From: Planctomycetota bacterium
GTDB lineage: Bacteria > Planctomycetota > UBA11346
Assembly (NCBI GenBank): GCA_038213805.1
Contig: JBBQSO010000020.1
Coordinates: 1-64,000 of the forward strand
Direction of reading: 5' to 3'
DNA length: 64,000 nt
Shown one piece after another: positions 29,870-42,345 of the stretch. How positions within the stretch are numbered: the first letter of the stretch is position 1; each line of letters opens with the position of its first letter. Below the pieces are notes generated by a model. The model did no database searches. It was given only the letters and a program-made list of their open reading frames with translations, and was not told the DNA's origin. A program made the position numbers and the translations under genes.

Positions 29870-30768
29870 CGTCCGAGCCACCGTCCGAGGTATTCGTAGC
29901 AGGCGACCTGGACCGCATCGAAGCCGAAATTCTGCGGGATCAGGTAGAGGGGGGACCACGAGGCGATGCGCCCGCGTCGGTCGGCGCCGAGCGGGGTGAC
30001 CTTCAGACCGGCCTTCTCGCACAGCGCCAGGGCGCGCGGCAGGTGCCAGGCGGAGCTGACCAGGGCGACGTTCTCCCAGTGTCGCTCGTCGACCATGCGC
30101 TTGTAGGCGGCGATCTCCTGGCGGGTGTTCCCCGCTGGCATGCCGACGCTGAGGATGACCGCATCGGGCACGCCCATGCCGCGCCACAGCGTGGCGGTCT
30201 CCTCGGCGAGGTCGCGTTCCACATCAAGGCCCGCCATGCTGTGCCCCGAGGCGACCAGGTGCAGCGTCTTGCGTTCGGCGAAGAGTTGCGCCGCCAAAGC
30301 CAGGCGGTCGCCGCCGCTGCCCAACTGCGGACGGCCATCGCTTCCGAGCGTGGTGCCGCCGCCCAGCACGAAGACCGCGTCGAACACTCCCGGCAGGCTG
30401 GCGGGGGTGCAGGCAGGAATGCGCATCTCAAGGCTGCCAAGCAGCGCGTTGCCCACCCAGACGTTGCCGGCGAGGGTGTAGAGCATCCAGATCGCGGTGG
30501 CGGCGATGGCGGTGCGGCGACGGCGCGCGCCCCACGCGGCGATGGCCAGTGCGGCGAGCAGCAGCCAGGACAGGCTGGCCGGCATCAGCAGCAGCCCGAG
30601 CGCCTTCTGCACCACCAGATCCTGGCTCGCGACCACGCCAAGCCCCACCACCCCGGCCGCGACCGTGCCCACGCCCAGCCACCACTTCGGCGTGCGCTCG
30701 GCGCGATCACGCCAAGCCAACCACGCCTTGGAGGAGGTGAAGAGCAGGATGAGCATGGCGATCAGCAT
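29866..30768 (-). CDS. YdcF/ElyC (DUF218) family membrane protein
   Basis: VFVLGGG, NTRQEI, LVSSAWHLPRA, YEYLG. Confidence 0.88.
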   Translation of the reverse strand: MLIAMLILLFTSSKAWLAWRDRAERTPKWWLGVGTVAAGVVGLGVVASQDLVVQKALGLLLMPASLSWLLLAALAIAAWGARRRRTAIAATAIWMLYTLAGNVWVGNALLGSLEMRIPACTPASLPGVFDAVFVLGGGTTLGSDGRPQLGSGGDRLALAAQLFAERKTLHLVASGHSMAGLDVERDLAEETATLWRGMGVPDAVILSVGMPAGNTRQEIAAYKRMVDERHWENVALVSSAWHLPRALALCEKAGLKVTPLGADRRGRIASWSPLYLIPQNFGFDAVQVACYEYLGRWLGR

Positions 30769-30824
30769 GGCCGGCACGGTAGCGCCCGATCTGCGCGCGC
30801 CACTGGGCGACCTGTTGGAAGGTT

Positions 30825-30935
30825 CTAGACCCTAGACCCTAGGGACAGCCAGCTGCTTCCGGCGTGTGCCCTGAGATCCAATTCTTCAGCAATCACCGTG
30901 GTCACGCTCCCTAGGGTCTAGGGTCTAGGGTCTCG
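30825..30935. repeat. Inverted pair of CTAGACC heptamer arrays around a 62-nt spacer
   Basis: Perfect 21-bp inverted repeat CTAGACCCTAGACCCTAGGGA (30825-30845) / TCCCTAGGGTCTAGGGTCTAG (30908-30928). Confidence 0.92.
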
Positions 30936-31771
30936 TCCAACAGTTGTCCCATGACGGCGGTGTCCGCGCCCACGGTGGGGCCGATGTGCAGGGCGAGCGT
31001 CAGGTAGGTGCGTGCGGCGGCGGTCAAATCGGCGGGGGTACCGGCGGCGAAGGTGCGCTGGATGGCATCGGCGAGCCGCTGTCCGTGGGCGGCGACGAAG
31101 GCGACTGGATCGTCGATGAGCTCAGCGAGGGGCGGGGCGGTCAGCTGCTCGAGCCAGCCGGGCGGGACGCGGGCGGAGCGCTCCGCCGGGGGTAGCGCGA
31201 TGCCGGCCTGGAAGAACGCGGCGAGCGGTGCGGGGTCAAGTCGACCTTCGCGGCTGATGACCATGGCGGCCTGGACCATGCCGTAGGCGAGGCGGGCATA
31301 GGCGTCGTGGGCAAGCTCGCCGCTGGTCGGGTCCTGACCGGCCAGGTACTCGGCCACGGTCTGCACCGGCAGCGCCGTGACGGTCGGGCATAGGCGGATG
31401 CACGGCAGCTCGCCGTCAGGATGGAAGTAGCGGATCGCCCCCTCGTGGCGCTGCCGGCCGAGCGGGTAGAGCCGGCAGGCCAGCGGCCGGTCGGCGTGCA
31501 CCGTGCAGCCGCCCTCGGCGCGATAGAGCGAACAGGCGGGTTTATGGTGTGCGGGCGGTCCGAGCGTGCCGGACGGGCCGTTGAACAGCAGGCGCGTGCC
31601 GCCGCAGTCGGTGTAGCGCTCGCGGAATGCGCGCGGCGCCAGGCCCAGGCCGCGCGCCAAGCGGGCGAGCTCCCACGGGCTGATGAAGATCTGGTGGCCG
31701 TGGCAACAGGTCCCGAGCCGGGTGCAGGTCAGCGGTAGGCGGTCGGTGCCTTGGAGCGGGGTGAGGGTCAT
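30911..31771 (-). CDS. YkgJ family cysteine-cluster protein
   Basis: CTRLGTCC, CSLY, CTVHADRPLACRLYP. Confidence 0.85.
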   Translation of the reverse strand: MTLTPLQGTDRLPLTCTRLGTCCHGHQIFISPWELARLARGLGLAPRAFRERYTDCGGTRLLFNGPSGTLGPPAHHKPACSLYRAEGGCTVHADRPLACRLYPLGRQRHEGAIRYFHPDGELPCIRLCPTVTALPVQTVAEYLAGQDPTSGELAHDAYARLAYGMVQAAMVISREGRLDPAPLAAFFQAGIALPPAERSARVPPGWLEQLTAPPLAELIDDPVAFVAAHGQRLADAIQRTFAAGTPADLTAAARTYLTLALHIGPTVGADTAVMGQLLDETLDPRP

Positions 31772-31779
31772 GCGGGGAT

Positions 31780-32013
31780 GGGTGCGGGGTTGCGGGTGCG
31801 GGGTGTGGAGTCCGGATTCGACGGCACCGTGGCAAGGACGCCATGGGCATGTTTACATCGCGCGGGCAAATCACGTTAACCAGCGTGGCGCCTGTCCACC
31901 ACCAGCAACCGGGGTCACGCGCGAAGCTGGACCTTGAGCCCACGATCGTCCCCGGCTATCGTCTCCAGCCCCGCACTCGGCACTCGGCACTCGGCACCTC
32001 ACGCCCCGCACGT
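31780..32013. repeat. Inverted pair of GRGTGCS heptamer arrays around a ~150-nt spacer
   Basis: GGGTGCG-like x4 (31780-31807) versus (C/G)GCACTC x3 plus degenerate units (31965-32013). Confidence 0.7.
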
Positions 32014-32033
32014 CTTTCTTCCGGAGAGTCCCC

Positions 32034-33056
32034 ATGTCCGCACCCATCCGCTGGGGCATCCTCGGCCTCGGCGCTATCGCCCGGAAGTTTGCCATCGGCC
32101 TGCAGGCGGTTCCGGACGCCAGACTGGCCGCGGTGGGCTCGCGCAGTCTCGACAAGGCCCAGGCCTTCGCCGCCGAGTTTGGCGGCGCGCGCGCGCATGG
32201 CAGCTATGAAGCGCTCGCTGCCGATCCGGAGGTCGATGCGATCTATATCGGCACCCCGCATCCCATGCACCGTGCCGATGCGATCCTCTGCCTGCGTGCG
32301 AAGAAGGCCGTGCTGTGCGAGAAGCCGTTCACGGTGAACGCTGCCGAGCTCGAGGAAGTGGTGGCGGTGGCGCGCGCCGAGCGCGTCTTCCTGATGGAAG
32401 CGATGTGGACGCGCTTCCTGCCGGCGATGGGACGGGTGCGCGAGTGGCTGGCCGCCGGCGCGATCGGCGAACCGCGCATGGTCACCGCTGATTTCGGCTT
32501 TCGCGCGGAGTGGAATCCGGACAGCCGCCTGTTGGATCCCAAGCTCGCCGGTGGTGGTCTGCTCGACGTCGGCATCTATCCGATCGCGGCGGCGGCGATG
32601 GTCTTCGGGCCCAATCCCGCGCGCATCACCGGACTCGCCCACCTCGGCGTCACCGGCGTCGACGAGCAGGCCGCGATGGTGCTCGCGTATCCGCAGGGCC
32701 AGCTCGCCGTGCTGTCCTGTGGCGTGCGCACCGAGACCACCCATGCCCTGCGCATCGACGGCACCGCTGGGCGCATCACCGTGCCTCATTTCTGGCGCGC
32801 AGATCGCGCGATCCTGACGGCCGGGGACCGCACCGAGGACGTGCAGCTCGGCCACCAGGGCGGAAACGGCTACAACTTCGAGGCCGCGGAGGTCGGCCGC
32901 TGCCTGCGCGCCGGGCAGACCGAGAGCGCGGTCGTCACCCTCGACGAATCGCTGGCGCTGATGCGCATCCTCGACGAGTTGCGGCGGCAGTTCGGGCTGC
33001 GGTATCCGATGGAGACCAGTCCGGAAGTCCGGAAGTCCGGAAGTCCGGAAGTCTGA
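32034..33056 (+). CDS. Gfo/Idh/MocA family oxidoreductase
   Basis: RWGILGLGAIA, VLCEKP, LMEAMWTRF, GGGLLDVGIY. Confidence 0.93.
   Translation: MSAPIRWGILGLGAIARKFAIGLQAVPDARLAAVGSRSLDKAQAFAAEFGGARAHGSYEALAADPEVDAIYIGTPHPMHRADAILCLRAKKAVLCEKPFTVNAAELEEVVAVARAERVFLMEAMWTRFLPAMGRVREWLAAGAIGEPRMVTADFGFRAEWNPDSRLLDPKLAGGGLLDVGIYPIAAAAMVFGPNPARITGLAHLGVTGVDEQAAMVLAYPQGQLAVLSCGVRTETTHALRIDGTAGRITVPHFWRADRAILTAGDRTEDVQLGHQGGNGYNFEAAEVGRCLRAGQTESAVVTLDESLALMRILDELRRQFGLRYPMETSPEVRKSGSPEV
33019..33056 (+). repeat. GTCCGGAA x4 perfect tandem array ending in the stop codon
   Basis: 33019-33050 then GTCTGA; no convincing partner arm. Confidence 0.9.
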
Positions 33057-33221
33057 CAGCCAGCAGACCCCGGCGGGCGCCGGATCAACGGTCGTCCGAC
33101 GACTGCGGCACGCGCTCATGCAGTACGCAGCGAGCTGTTCGTGCGGTGGGGGAAATGCCGTCATTGCCAGTTTGATCGCACGCGCAGGCTGGCGCCGAGC
33201 GACCACCCCCAGGAGACGACC

Positions 33222-33833
33222 ATGCTGCGCATCCGCCATCTCATCCCCTCCGTCCTCCTCGGCGTTGTGTGCGCGCATGCGTGCGCTGAAGAAGGCAATG
33301 GCTGGGACCTACGCCTCGCCCTGGGCGGCGCGCCCGGCGTTTCGAAGGCCAAGACGGACAATTCCGGCGCCAGCTCCGACATCGACGACCACGGCGGTGG
33401 CATCATCCGCTTCTCGGCCTATTACACGCCCGACATCGCGGGTCCGATCGGCTTGCAGTTCGGCCCGACCATCGCGGCCTCACGCCACGATGGCCACACC
33501 GCTGGCGGCGACTTCGATGTTTCCGATTCCAGCGTCGGTTTCGCCATCGGGCCGTTCCTGCGCGTCGCACGCTGGCGCTTCGGCCTGACGCCGTACATCG
33601 ACCTCGGCCGCGCGCGCGAGCACGACGACGCTGGCCACTCCGACAGCGGCCCATACGCGGCCCTTGGGCTCACCGTGGGCGCGATGTATACTTTCGACAA
33701 CCATCTCATCCTCGGCGCCGACCTCGGAGTCGAGGGCTGGAGTACCAAGCTCCACCAGCCGGGCATAAACGCCGACGTCACCTACTCGGGCAGCGGTGGG
33801 ATCATCGATATTTACGTTGGTTTCAAACTTTGA
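33222..33833 (+). CDS. Small outer-membrane beta-barrel protein
   Basis: Signal peptide, about 8 amphipathic strands, C-terminus IYVGFKL; SD AGGAG. Confidence 0.75.
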   Translation: MLRIRHLIPSVLLGVVCAHACAEEGNGWDLRLALGGAPGVSKAKTDNSGASSDIDDHGGGIIRFSAYYTPDIAGPIGLQFGPTIAASRHDGHTAGGDFDVSDSSVGFAIGPFLRVARWRFGLTPYIDLGRAREHDDAGHSDSGPYAALGLTVGAMYTFDNHLILGADLGVEGWSTKLHQPGINADVTYSGSGGIIDIYVGFKL

Positions 33834-33858
33834 CGGCAGGTATCCTGCGGACGGCTCG

Positions 33859-34011
33859 ACGCAGAGTGCTCAGGGGGGCACTAGGCCGCAGAGGACGGCC
33901 GGGGAGGGCGGGTTCTTGCCGCGGCGCCCTGGCCATGCCAGGGCAAAGTCTTCGAATGCGGCAAGGTTCGCCTCTGCGGTCTCAGGCTCTCCTCCGCGGC
34001 GCACTCTGCGT
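33859..34011. repeat. Nested CGCAGAG/CTCTGCG inverted-repeat element
   Basis: ACGCAGAGTGC (33859-33869)/GCACTCTGCGT (34001-34011) and CCGCAGAGG (33886-33894)/CCTCTGCGG (33971-33979). Confidence 0.8.
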
Positions 34012-34058
34012 TAAAATATCCAATCGCCCCCGAACTCGCCCATCGCATCAGGCGGGGC

Positions 34059-36683
<2,625 letters not shown>

Positions 36684-36881
36684 GGCTTCCATCCTGGATG
36701 GAAAGAGGGGAGACGAACGGCAGCTTTTACGCTGAGTGGTCTTAGCGAGCTCTATGCCATTTTTTCCATGTCATTCCGACACCAAATCAAAAGAAAAAAG
36801 TCTTTTATGCATGATGCGAAATGAAATGGAACACCATGCGGGTCGCCATCGCCCGTCACCCGCACACTGATTGTCGCCCGT

Positions 36882-37748
36882 TCAGGGCGTGCTGATGCGG
36901 GTCTCGCGCGGGCAGTCCACCGAAGCGGTGAAGCAGATCGGGTCGAGGTAGCACGCCGAGTTCGGATGCCCGCCGCCGCCGCGCCGCTCCGCGATCGAGC
37001 CGCAGTCGATGCGGCCGCCTTCGGCGGAGCGCAGGCTGTGTACCCAGCGAGCGGTGCCCTTGCGGTAGTAGAGCACTGCCAGGTCATAGCCCATGCCGCC
37101 GGCCGCGACCGGGGTGCAGATGTGGTCGCCGAGTTCGTTCTGATCCTGGTTGGTGTTCACCGCCAGGGCGCGCGCGCCAACCAGGCCATAGGGGGCCTCG
37201 ACGCTCAGCCCGGTCTTGGCGGCCTTCAGCACGCGCTCCATCTTGGCCGCAAGCAGTGGTCGGCCCAGCGTGGCCATCGCCGCGATGTCGGCCTCAAGGA
37301 TGCCGGCGAAACGCTCGCCGGGGAAGGTCGCCGTCAAGCCCTCGGAAACAGCGCGGCTGTCGGGCAGCTTCCACTGCCACAGGTCCTTGTCCTTGATGTA
37401 GGCGATCACCGGCGGCGGCTCCTGGCCCGGAAAGAGCGTCTTCCAGGTCAGCGACGTGCCGCACTCCGTCGTGTCCATCACCCCCCAGCCGAGGGTCTTG
37501 CAGATCGGCAGCTGGCTGGCGTGGTGGTCGATCCAGATGAACTCGCTGGACTGCGCCTTGAGCGCGCGCATGTGCGCGATCGGCAGCCCGAAGTCGACCA
37601 TGTAGACCACGCGATCGAGCACCTGCGGCGGCGTCATGCTGTACTGCATGGCCAGGAACTCGCAGTCCGGCACCTTGCGCGCCACCACTGCTGCGGAGCC
37701 GTTGCCGTCGAGGCAATTCTTGTGATAGATGCAGAGCGGGCGGGGCAT
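36882..37748 (-). CDS. DHH/DHHA1 family phosphoesterase (NrnB-like)
   Basis: YHKNCLDG, VDFG, WIDHH, DKDLW, SLRS, GGGH. Confidence 0.85.
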   Translation of the reverse strand: MPRPLCIYHKNCLDGNGSAAVVARKVPDCEFLAMQYSMTPPQVLDRVVYMVDFGLPIAHMRALKAQSSEFIWIDHHASQLPICKTLGWGVMDTTECGTSLTWKTLFPGQEPPPVIAYIKDKDLWQWKLPDSRAVSEGLTATFPGERFAGILEADIAAMATLGRPLLAAKMERVLKAAKTGLSVEAPYGLVGARALAVNTNQDQNELGDHICTPVAAGGMGYDLAVLYYRKGTARWVHSLRSAEGGRIDCGSIAERRGGGGHPNSACYLDPICFTASVDCPRETRISTP

Positions 37749-37830
37749 GGCGGCAGCGTCGGGGGCGGCGGGGGATGGGCAAGGCGGGGGACGGGCAGCG
37801 CTGCACCCAAGGGCAGGCGGCGATCCTCGA

Positions 37831-39159
37831 TCAGAACTGCCAGGTCGCGCCAAGGCGCACGGTCAACTGGTAGATATTTGCGGCGTCGTCCTGCAGGACC
37901 AATTGTCCGGAACCGACCTGGTGACCGTAGCGTAGCTGAGCGCCCAGATCGTAGGTGATGTGGCGGTAGCAGAGGCTGCCGCCTGTGCTCAGGCCGTAGT
38001 AGCGGTCGAGAGTCATCGAGGTCGGGTCGCCAAGAGTGTCGACTTTGCGCAGCCCCGGCTGCTCCTCGTAGAACGCGCCGACGCGCGCCACCGCCACCAC
38101 GCGTGGTAGGATGAACAGGTGCTCGTAGCCGACGCGGGCGGAGATGCCGTCCTTCTGGTCGGATGCGGGATGGTCGAAGAATTGCGGTGCGGACTCCTGG
38201 CCATCCCTGGTCAGGCTGAAGCGGCTCCACTGCGTCCAGCTCACCTCCGCCGCGACCGTATCCTCGTCGTCCTGACGCCAGGCAGCCGCGACGGTGGCGA
38301 CGGTTGGCATGCGCAGGGTGGAGAAACTGTCGCCGGTGACCGGCGGGGGTGTCGGTTGCCCGACGATCGCCTGCTGCAAGGCCAGATGTTCGGAGGTGTG
38401 AAGCTTGTAGCCGGGCTTCACCACCGCCGCCAACGCCAGCGCCGGGGTCGCCTGCCACCATGCGCCCATCACCGCGCTGTAGCCCTCGTCCACGCGGATA
38501 CGCGTGGCGGTGTCCTCATCGCTGATGAGTTCATCGTTGAAATCAGGCAGCAGGACGTCGTCGTGCCGGCTTCTGTATCGCGTCGTCGAGCTGTCCTGGG
38601 TGATGCTGTCGTTCCAGATGCTGCCGGTAATGCCCAGGCCGAGGCCGGGAATGACCTCGATGGCATAGGCGGCACTGAGCGTGGAGAATGCGCCGCTCTG
38701 GGTGATGGAGGTATCGGTCGTCGCATCCTGTGTGAATGGAATCGTCGTGAAATCATGTTGGTGTGATTTTGACGAGCGCGTGAAGTCGAATTGACGCTGC
38801 CAGATGACGCCGACAGTCTGCTGATGGTCGAAGGCGAAGAATGGCAAAGCCGCGCTGACATGGTCGAGATCGATGCGCGACTCGCGATGGCGTTCGCCCT
38901 GACCGGTGTTCAGCGACGTCGCATAGAGCCCACCGGCGACGCTCGCCTCCGGGCGCTCGAGCTGGACCATGCCGCCGGGATTGGCCGCCATCGCGGTCGC
39001 GTCGTCGGCAATGGCCGTGAAGGCGGCCATGCCCATGGCCCGCGCGCCGGCATTCATCGGTGCGGGGGCATTGCCGAAATCGATGATGTTGGCCTCCGGC
39101 GCGATCGCCGCGGCGGCCGCAACCGGGCAAGCGAGCAGTGCCACCCAGGCCACCGCCAT
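37831..39159 (-). CDS. FadL/OmpP1-like outer-membrane beta-barrel
   Basis: GARAMGM..AFTAIADDATA..NPGG plug motif, beta strands, terminal ATWQF. Confidence 0.8.
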   Translation of the reverse strand: MAVAWVALLACPVAAAAAIAPEANIIDFGNAPAPMNAGARAMGMAAFTAIADDATAMAANPGGMVQLERPEASVAGGLYATSLNTGQGERHRESRIDLDHVSAALPFFAFDHQQTVGVIWQRQFDFTRSSKSHQHDFTTIPFTQDATTDTSITQSGAFSTLSAAYAIEVIPGLGLGITGSIWNDSITQDSSTTRYRSRHDDVLLPDFNDELISDEDTATRIRVDEGYSAVMGAWWQATPALALAAVVKPGYKLHTSEHLALQQAIVGQPTPPPVTGDSFSTLRMPTVATVAAAWRQDDEDTVAAEVSWTQWSRFSLTRDGQESAPQFFDHPASDQKDGISARVGYEHLFILPRVVAVARVGAFYEEQPGLRKVDTLGDPTSMTLDRYYGLSTGGSLCYRHITYDLGAQLRYGHQVGSGQLVLQDDAANIYQLTVRLGATWQF

Positions 39160-39341
39160 GCCGCCCTCGCGTCCAATGCTGGATAGCGTGCGCACGCGGG
39201 AAAGGCGGAGCCTGGGCATGACTGGGCGGGATCCTCCGCCGTCGCTGCGGGATGCAAAGGCAGAATGAGCCTTCAGGGCACGGCGCACCGTCGGGGCGAC
39301 ATGTGGTCGCACGCCCACTCCAGGTATGGCGGCCCGCTGGA

Positions 39342-39632
39342 TCAGGGCAGGGACAGATTCTGTGCGACGGGTACTCCGCTGTTGGTGATAGTCACGCTCG
39401 CTGGTGTCGGCGTGTAGGTGGTGCCGTTGTACACGACGGTGATGGGCGTCGGGTTGCCGTTGTTGTACGGGACTGCCGTGGCCACGTACGCCGTTGAGGG
39501 GGTCGCCGGCCAATGCATGGGATAGTTGCAGACCATCGTGGCACCACCGTTGATGGCGACGAGCGGGGGTGCCGCACCGGCCACGATGAGGGAGGGATCA
39601 ACGGTGAGCGTTCCACTGACTCTGGACGACAT
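39342..39632 (-). CDS. Small beta-rich hypothetical protein (96 aa)
   Basis: SD AAGGA before ATG; Thr/Pro/Val-rich. Confidence 0.5.
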   Translation of the reverse strand: MSSRVSGTLTVDPSLIVAGAAPPLVAINGGATMVCNYPMHWPATPSTAYVATAVPYNNGNPTPITVVYNGTTYTPTPASVTITNSGVPVAQNLSLP

Positions 39633-39916
39633 GACGTTCCTTTCGCCTGAAGCAGGCAGAAACCGGGTGATTGCGCGCAGTTTTCGAAAGCGGCGCGTAG
39701 CGTCGATTCGTACACAATGGTGCTTTGGCCGCCAGATCAAACCCCAAGTCTGACAAATCCTTATACAGACCTTTACCACTCCTTCCCGGGCGTGGCAGGC
39801 TCGCCTAACGCGCCGCTTCCCCCTTGTCTTGGGCGCACATCCCCCATGATGCCTCTCCCTCACGGAGCGGCCGCACAGGCCGGCTCCCCCCATATATTCG
39901 CCTCGCGGAGCTCTCC

Positions 39917-42016
39917 ATGGCCACTCCCCTGCACAAGATGCGCAATTTCGTCATCGTCGCCCACATCGACTCGGGCAAGACCACCGTGTCGGAGCGCATC
40001 CTCTACTATACCGGCAAGAAGCACAAGATCGGCGAGGTGCACGAGGGCGGCACGACCACCGACTGGATGAAGGAGGAGCAGGAGCGCGGCATCACCATCA
40101 CCGCCGCGGCCGTCTACGCGACCTGGCGCGACCATTACCTCAACCTGATCGACACCCCCGGACACGTGGACTTCACCGCCGAGGTCGAGCGCTCCTGCCG
40201 CGTCCTCGACGGCGCGGTGGTGGTGTTCTGCGCCGTCGCCGGCGTGCAGGCCCAGTCCGAGACGGTCTGGCGCCAGGCCAACAAGTACAAGGTGCCGCGC
40301 CTGGTCTTCGTCAACAAGATGGACCGCAGCGGCGCCAACTTCGACCGCGTCGTGGATCAGGTGAAGGAGCGCCTCAACGGCAATCCCGTTCCCATCCAGA
40401 TGCCGATCGGCGCCGGCGACGAATTCACCGGCATGATCGACCTGATCGACATGAAGTACTACACCTTCGAAGGCGACAAGGGCGAGGATCAGATCGAGCA
40501 CGAGATCCCCGAGCAGTACAAGGCCGAGGCCGAGAAGCGCCGCGCCAAGATGGTCGACGCCGTCGCCGGCGAGGACGAGGCCCTGACCGAGAAGTACCTC
40601 GAGAGCGGCACGCTCTCGAACGCCGACATCCTCGTCGGCCTGCGCCTGGGCACCCAGCACTACAAGATCCAGCCCATGCTGTGCGGCGCCGCGCTGCGCA
40701 ACAAGGGCGTGCAGAAGCTGCTCGACGCCGTCATCGACATCCTGCCCGACCCCAAGTCGGCGCACAACATGACCCAGTTCGCGGTGGACGACATCACCCA
40801 CGCCAACCCGATGCCGACGGTGTGCGACCCCAAGGCGCCGCTGCGCGCCATGGTCTTCAAGATCATGAGCATGCCGGCGATCGGCGACGTGTCGTTCGTG
40901 CGCGTCTACCAGGGCACCATCAAGGAAGGCGACCAGCTGATCTGCGCCCAGTCGGGCAAGAGCGAGCGCGCCAGCCGCATGATCAAGCTCGTCGGCGCGA
41001 CCCCCAACAAGGTCGAAGAAGCACCCGCGGGCGACATCATGGCCATCGTCGGCCTGAAGAACACCATCACCGGCGACACCCTGGTCCATCCCACCGACCC
41101 GAACCCGATGCTGCTCGAAGGCATCACCTTCGCCAAGCCGGTCATCACCATGGCGATCGAGCCCAAGTCGAACGCCGACAAGGAGAAGCTCGCCTACGCC
41201 TTGGCGCGTCTCGAGCGCGAGGATCCGACCTTCAAGAAGTGGGTCGACCCCGAGACCTCGCAGCTGATCGTCGCCGGCATGGGCGAATTGCATCTCGAGG
41301 TGCTCCAGCACCGCATCCGCGACGAATACAAGGTCGACGCGGTGGTCGGCAAGCCCAAGGTCAGCTATCGCGAGACCGTCAGCAAGTCGATCGAGATCCG
41401 CGGCAAGCACGTCAAGCAGTCGGGCGGCCGCGGCCAGTACGGCGATTGCATCCTCAACATCCGTCCGCTGACGGATGAGGAGAAGCGCGCCGGCAACGAA
41501 TTCATCTTCCTCGACTCGATCCGCGGCGGCACCGTGCCGAAGGAGTTCCGCAAGCCCATCGAAGAGGGCGTGCGCAACGCCCTGGCGCGCGGCTACATCG
41601 CAGGGTTCCCGTGCATCAACGTCCACGTCGAGCTGATCGACGGCTCGTACCACGACGTCGACTCCAGCCAGGAGGCCTTCATCTCGGCCGGCGCCCTCGC
41701 CATCCGCGAGGCCTACCCCAAGCTGGGCGTCCAGCTGCTTGAGCCGTGGATGCACGTCGAGGTCGAGACCCCGGATGAATTCACCGGCTCGATCATGGGC
41801 TCGCTGCAGTCCAAGCGCGCGATGATCACCGAGACCGCGAAGCGCGGCCCCAACAACATCATCCGCTGCGAGGTCCCGCTCGGCGAGATGTTCGGCTACA
41901 CCACCGACCTGCGCTCGATGAGCCAGGGCCGCGCGGGGTACTCGATGGAGCCCAGCGAGTACAAGGCCGTGCCGAACAGCATGGTCGAGAAGCTCGCGAA
42001 GAAGGCGGCCGGCTGA
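39917..42016 (+). CDS. fusA: Elongation factor G
   Basis: [55 protein letters not shown]. Confidence 0.96.
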   Translation: MATPLHKMRNFVIVAHIDSGKTTVSERILYYTGKKHKIGEVHEGGTTTDWMKEEQERGITITAAAVYATWRDHYLNLIDTPGHVDFTAEVERSCRVLDGAVVVFCAVAGVQAQSETVWRQANKYKVPRLVFVNKMDRSGANFDRVVDQVKERLNGNPVPIQMPIGAGDEFTGMIDLIDMKYYTFEGDKGEDQIEHEIPEQYKAEAEKRRAKMVDAVAGEDEALTEKYLESGTLSNADILVGLRLGTQHYKIQPMLCGAALRNKGVQKLLDAVIDILPDPKSAHNMTQFAVDDITHANPMPTVCDPKAPLRAMVFKIMSMPAIGDVSFVRVYQGTIKEGDQLICAQSGKSERASRMIKLVGATPNKVEEAPAGDIMAIVGLKNTITGDTLVHPTDPNPMLLEGITFAKPVITMAIEPKSNADKEKLAYALARLEREDPTFKKWVDPETSQLIVAGMGELHLEVLQHRIRDEYKVDAVVGKPKVSYRETVSKSIEIRGKHVKQSGGRGQYGDCILNIRPLTDEEKRAGNEFIFLDSIRGGTVPKEFRKPIEEGVRNALARGYIAGFPCINVHVELIDGSYHDVDSSQEAFISAGALAIREAYPKLGVQLLEPWMHVEVETPDEFTGSIMGSLQSKRAMITETAKRGPNNIIRCEVPLGEMFGYTTDLRSMSQGRAGYSMEPSEYKAVPNSMVEKLAKKAAG

Positions 42017-42043
42017 GACCGGTTTCCAGCTGAAGGCTGACAC

Positions 42044-42068
42044 CACCCCCGGGCTACGCCTGGGGGTG
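42044..42068 (+). terminator. Hairpin after fusA
   Basis: CACCCCCGGGC-tac-GCCTGGGGGTG with weak T-tail. Confidence 0.55.
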
Positions 42069-42345
42069 ATGTGTTTGGCGGCGCCTTACCGCTGCGGCCG
42101 GTCACGGTGTGCCGTTCATCCATGGCGATCCTTCTTCGGCACGCTCGCGACGAAGGGTCGACCCGAAGTGCCGCAGGAGCTGAGATCGGAAGACGCAACG
42201 GGTGGGGGCGGCAGTCGACCCGACAACCGGTGTCATGCAGCCGCGACCCATCTGTCCCTTGGAGCTGCGCAGAATCCACTGCGGCGTCCGGGTGATCCGT
42301 GACCTCGCGTTGACACCCCGGCGCGCCGCCTACAAGCCACCGACC

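Noticed and set aside
42310..42336. Sigma-70 promoter TTGACA...TACAAG before the MFS gene
   Set aside because: Spacer is only 15 nt and the -10 box lacks the conserved final T; too weak to call
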